DNA from: Rhynchopus sp. YZ270_cl-10
Taxonomy: Eukaryota
DNA length: 64,000 nucleotides
Assembly: GCA_964035575.1 (NCBI GenBank)
Contig: OZ037838.1
Span: forward strand, 1,612,001-1,676,000
Direction of reading: 5' to 3'
The notes beneath the pieces were generated by a model, which saw only the letters and a list, made by a program, of their open reading frames with translations, searched no databases and had not been told where the DNA came from. Of the stretch, positions 59,500-64,000 are shown in pieces. Each line of letters begins with the position of its first letter. Within the stretch, counting starts at the first letter, position 1. A program made the position numbers and the translations under genes.

Positions 59500-60116
59500 A
59501 GAGAGAGGCGGAGGGAGGGGGGGAGGGAGGGAGGGAGGGGGGGATGGGGTTTTCGAAAAAGCAAATAGAATGTGTGAATACGCTGTTGTTGGGCCGAATT
59601 TACATTCGCGAATATCCCGCAGATTTTGTGTGTGTAATTGTTTTCTTGTTTTTAGGGTGGGTTTTGACAAACACCAAACCTAGGATTTCGAAGTATTTTT
59701 TTTTCTTTGCACGGAGGCGCAGGTCCAGCTCATGGAAATGAAAATAATTGTCTCGTGTGTTCTCATTTGTATTCACTGTCATTAATGAATGGTACAACCT
59801 CACAGCTCTGTGTACATTCTTTCTTTGATGGGCAGACTCGGTGCTTTACATTTCACGTCAAATTACTTTTTTAGGGACAAATACTTTGTGGTGGGAAATG
59901 AGTCAAACGTCTGACTTTTCTTTTATTCCCCTCCCCTTCTATTGCACACACCTCATTTCTGTACTTCGGGCAAAGGGTTTTTTGTGATGACGTGGATAGC
60001 GTACCGACCAAAAGACGAATGGGATTTTTATTATTTCTCATCTCACATCCTTCCAAGTACCCCAACATACCACGTCACAGTGTATAAAACGTTAAGGAAT
60101 CCTGATACAGAAAACA

Positions 60117-61331
60117 ATGGATGTGACTTTTGTGCTGGAAGAGTCAGGCGTGACTGCAACAGTGGAGGTGCCGTGCGAGGCGGACGTTGCAGCGGCAAAG
60201 GAGGTTGCGTGCACGGCGCTTGCTGTTTCGCCTGCGTCTGTCGAGATGCGCATCGGCACGCAGGTGCTGGAGGGGACGTGCCGTCTGCAGGACACTGCGT
60301 TTGATGCAGGGGTGCAGGTTGTGCTTGCCTGTCCTCGTTTGGCCGACATCAAGTGTCCTGCTGAGTACACTGTACCACAGGATACGGGAGACTTGTCGCT
60401 GTCTCCTCGTGGAACACTTTGCGTTTATTCCCATAATGGCGTGTCCACGCGTGTTGGTGGCTTCGACACAGAAACTTTTGACACTGCGTTTGAGTTTAAC
60501 ATCGATTTATCTGGTCGAGGTCCGCCAGCCGTCTCACAGTGCAAGACACGCTGCTACATGGCGTGTGAGGATTGCCTTCTCGAGGTTGCGCTTCCGGGTG
60601 GGGAGGTGCTCCGCAAAGTTGAGTGCACCTCGATGGCAGTGTTCGCGTGTGGCAGTGTTGTTGTCTCCCAAGGCATAGACGGCGTCTCTGTGTATGACGA
60701 AGACCTGAAGTTGCTCCGCTCTCTCTCACACGAAGAGTGCTGGCACGCGGCAGTGTCGCCCTGTGGTGGTTGGGTGATCACCTACTCCGTAAAAGAAGAG
60801 AACGTACGTCTGTGGGATGTGAACACAGGCGAAACTGTGTCATGTAGAGAACAGGCGGAGTGGTGGCGTGGCTGCTGGTGCATTGGTGTGGCGCTTTCGC
60901 GGTCTGCTTCTCTCTTTGCTACGGGGGAGTCTTACGGAGTACAGCTCTATGACTGGAGTGGTGCGTCTCTTCGCAGTGTTGCTGTGGATGGGAGCATCGG
61001 GGGCATGCAGTTCACACCGTGCGGGAAGTACCTTGTGGTCAGGGTGGTTGTTTTTCTGGAACATTCAGGATATAGTACGGATCATGAGTTTGATCCGGAT
61101 TACGATGATGATTGTTGCGCTATTGACTATATGGAACTCCGCCAGTACGATGTTGCGACCATGTCGTGTGTGCATGTCATACAAGAAGCCTGTGAGTCGT
61201 TTGAGATATCTCCGTGTTCACGTGTGGTTGTGTTTGCGGAGGTGCCAAGGTGTGAGTCAGACGAGGGCGGTGAAAATGCAACAACGAGTTTCATTGTAAC
61301 AAGGCTTCTGTACCCACACAACAGTGAGTGA
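60117..61331 (+). CDS. UBL-beta-propeller family copy 16
   Basis: Intact ORF with a long acidic loop in blade 6. Confidence 0.85.
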   Translation: MDVTFVLEESGVTATVEVPCEADVAAAKEVACTALAVSPASVEMRIGTQVLEGTCRLQDTAFDAGVQVVLACPRLADIKCPAEYTVPQDTGDLSLSPRGTLCVYSHNGVSTRVGGFDTETFDTAFEFNIDLSGRGPPAVSQCKTRCYMACEDCLLEVALPGGEVLRKVECTSMAVFACGSVVVSQGIDGVSVYDEDLKLLRSLSHEECWHAAVSPCGGWVITYSVKEENVRLWDVNTGETVSCREQAEWWRGCWCIGVALSRSASLFATGESYGVQLYDWSGASLRSVAVDGSIGGMQFTPCGKYLVVRVVVFLEHSGYSTDHEFDPDYDDDCCAIDYMELRQYDVATMSCVHVIQEACESFEISPCSRVVVFAEVPRCESDEGGENATTSFIVTRLLYPHNSE

Positions 61332-61497
61332 TGTTTCTCGTGAGGGGGGAGGGGTAGTATATTGTTTGGGACAGTGTCTTCAAATTGCTTTCTTTATCAG
61401 AGTTTGTTCAAAGTAATTAACCCACCAACCTTCTTATTTGTCGTTGCGAAGTGACACCACCAACCATCACATCAACCACAACAGACCCCTTAACAAT

Positions 61498-62607
61498 ATG
61501 ATGGATGTGACCTTTGTGCTGGAAGAGTCAGGCGTGACTGCGACAGTGGAGGTGCCGTGCGAGGCGGACGTTGCAGCGGCAAAGGAGGTTGCGTGCACGG
61601 CGCTTGCTGTCTCGCCTGCGTCTGTCGAGATGCGCATCGGCACGCAGGTGCTGGAGGGGACGTGCCGTCTGCAGGACACTGCGTTTGATGCAGGGGTGCA
61701 GGTTGTGCTTGCCTGTCCTCTCTTTGCCGACATCAAGTGTCCTGCTGAGTACATTTTAGAAATACGAACGACGTCGTTGACGCTGTCGCGTTGTGGAACG
61801 CTCTGCGTCTATAGTCAAGGGGGTGGGCATATTGGCGGCTTCGACACAGAAACCTTCGAAACTTCCTTCGCGTTCACAATTGGTCGTTCTGTGTACCGTG
61901 CGCCTGCCATCTCGCAGTGCAAGACACGCTGCTACATGGCGTGTGAGGATTGCCTTCTCGAGGTTGCGCTTCCGGGTGGGGAGGTGATCCGCAAGGTCGA
62001 CGGCTCCTTGCAGTCTGTGTTCGCGTGTGGTGATGTTGTTGTCTCCCGTGGCGAACACGGCGTCTCCGTGTATGACGAAGACCTGACGTTGCTCCGCACT
62101 CTCTCGCATCACAAAGGGTGCTGGCTCGTAGCAGTGTCTGACTGTGGTGGGTGGGTGATCACCTCCTCCACGAGGGAGGAGAAGGTAAGTCTGTGGGATG
62201 TGAACACAGGTGAAGCTGTGGCATGTGTGCCTGTGGATGCGTGGTGTGTGGCACTTTCACGATCTGCCTCTGTCTTTGCTGTGGAGTGCTCTGGCAACGT
62301 GCAGCTCTATGACTGGAGTGGTGCAGCTCTTCGCACTATTGATGTGGGTGGGGATGTCGAGGGCATGCAGTTCACCCCGTGTGGGAAGTACCTTGTGGTG
62401 AGGGTAGAGGGTACGGATTCTGATGATGACACAGATGACGATCACAATACACCCCTGCACCAGTATGATGTGGCGACCATGTCCTGTGTGCGTGTGATAC
62501 CAAATGTCCAACGGTTTGCGATATCGCCGTGTTCACGTGTGGTTGTGGTATTGGAAGAAGATGGCAACATTGCGACGAGACATCTATACCCACACAACAG
62601 TGAGTGA
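61498..62607 (+). CDS. UBL-beta-propeller family copy 17
   Basis: Intact ORF. Confidence 0.85.
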   Translation: MMDVTFVLEESGVTATVEVPCEADVAAAKEVACTALAVSPASVEMRIGTQVLEGTCRLQDTAFDAGVQVVLACPLFADIKCPAEYILEIRTTSLTLSRCGTLCVYSQGGGHIGGFDTETFETSFAFTIGRSVYRAPAISQCKTRCYMACEDCLLEVALPGGEVIRKVDGSLQSVFACGDVVVSRGEHGVSVYDEDLTLLRTLSHHKGCWLVAVSDCGGWVITSSTREEKVSLWDVNTGEAVACVPVDAWCVALSRSASVFAVECSGNVQLYDWSGAALRTIDVGGDVEGMQFTPCGKYLVVRVEGTDSDDDTDDDHNTPLHQYDVATMSCVRVIPNVQRFAISPCSRVVVVLEEDGNIATRHLYPHNSE

Positions 62608-62787
62608 TGTGTGACCAGGGGAGGGTGGTGATGAATATAACCCAGGGTACCAACAAAAACACCCAAGACCCTCAAAACACTCCCAAAAGCTCTCTTTTTA
62701 GCCTTGTTGCACATATTCTCTCTTCTTGTCATTGCGAAGTGACACCACACTAACCATCACATCAAACAAAACAGACCCCTTAACAAC

Positions 62788-63947
62788 ATGATGGATGTGA
62801 CCTTTGTGCTGGAAGAGTCAGGTGTGACTGCGACAGTGGAGGTGCCGTGCGAGGCGGACGCTGCAGCGGCAAAGGAGGTTGCGTGCACGGCGCTTGCTGT
62901 CTCGCCTGCGTCTGTCGAGATGCGCATCGGCACGCAGGTGCTGGAGGGGACGTGCCGTCTGCAGGACACTGCGTTTGATTCAGGGATGCAGGTTGTGCTT
63001 GCCTGTCCTCGCTTTGCCGACATCAAGTGTCCTGCTGAGTACCGTACATGGCAGAGCTTATCCCACTTCTCGTTGTCTCCTTGTGGAACGCTCTGCCTCT
63101 ATTTGCACTTTAAAGGTTTCAATCTCAGTGTCGGTTCCAGTTTTGGTGCCATCGGCTTTGACACAGAAACCTTCGAGACTACCTTCAAGTTTGAAACCGA
63201 ACTTGGTGGGCTAGGTCCAGCTGCCATCTCACGGTGCAAGACACACTGCTACATGGCGTTTAAGCATTATCTTGCCAAGGTTGCGCTTCCGGGTGGGGAG
63301 GTGGTCCGCAAAGTCGACGGCCTCTCGACGTCGGTGTTTGCGTGTGGCGATGTTGTTGTCTCGCAAGGCACAGACTGCGTCTCTGTGTATGACGAAGACC
63401 TGACGTTGCTCCGCTCTCTCTCACACGAAGGATACAGGAAGGTGGCAGTGTCGGGCTGTGGTGGTGGGTGATCACCTCCTCCTTCACGGAGCAAAACGCA
63501 CGTCTGTGGGATGTGAACACAGGTGAAGCTGTGGCATGTGTGCCTGCGGATGGGAGTCATGTGGCGCTTTCACGGTGTGCCTCTGTCTTTGCTGTGGAGT
63601 GCTCTGGCAACGTGCAACTCTACGACTGGAGTGGTGCGGCTCTTGGCAGCTTCGATAAAGGGCAGTTTCGCGTCTCTTGCATGCGCTTCACTCCGTGTGG
63701 GAAGTACGTCGTTGTTGCGTTTGTGAGCGGTAGGTATGACGGTTCTGAAGAGCACACCCGTATGACACACCAGTATGATGTGGCGACCATGTCCTGTGTG
63801 CATGTGATACCAAATGCCTACGAAGCATTTGTGATATCGACGTGTTCACATGTGGTTTTATTAGAGTCAGGAGAAAGTGACGACCTTGTGTCACAGCATC
63901 TGTACCCCTACTTGAGTGATGTTTCGGATGAAAACAGAGAAGAGTAG
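62788..63947 (+). pseudogene. Family copy 18, 1-bp frameshift near 63463 (real or a sequencing error)
   Basis: TGTGGTGGTGGGTG vs family TGTGGTGGGTGGGTG; close paralog of copy 7. Confidence 0.75.
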
Positions 63948-64000
63948 CCCTGATGAGCACAACAGCGTGCAGCTCTATGATTGTAGCAGTGCGGCTCTTT

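Noticed and set aside
3711..63947. Diversity-generating retroelement as the source of variation
   Set aside because: No RT and no template/variable repeat pair; differences include indels and are not adenine-specific
3620..63960. Recurrent antisense and alternative-frame ORFs over the family genes
   Set aside because: Shadows of the near-identical GC-rich coding block

Overview
Eukaryotic, protist-like DNA: intronless genes all on the + strand. A euglenozoan origin is only a guess. The backbone is a tandem array of 18 paralogous genes (13 intact, 5 disrupted). Each encodes a near-invariant N-terminal ~75-aa domain (probably ubiquitin-like) fused to a Cys-rich 7-bladed beta-propeller with constant strands and hypervariable loops. 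Two unrelated single-copy genes lie at 56-59.5 kb. Copy 8 is split by a 24.8-kb nest of related DNA transposons with TAGGGG...CCCCTA ends and 7-bp TSDs: A 17327-42113, B 24392-41024, C 26425-36082. Each carries a conserved 80-bp structured block followed by its own 122-bp tandem array. Their cargo is deubiquitinase-like (a split OTU-like gene and a split USP gene) plus an ankyrin-gene fragment. Their ends are bipartite, and left and right spacing differs by 10-11 bp. Copy 1 is hit by a 2.7-kb non-coding retroelement-like insertion with a 19-20-bp TSD, a 5' HDV-like ribozyme fold and a ~133-bp array. Several hAT-like MITEs with 6-bp TSDs and palindromic subterminal repeats are also present. I recognised no intact transposase or reverse transcriptase. 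All calls were made by eye; no searches were run.
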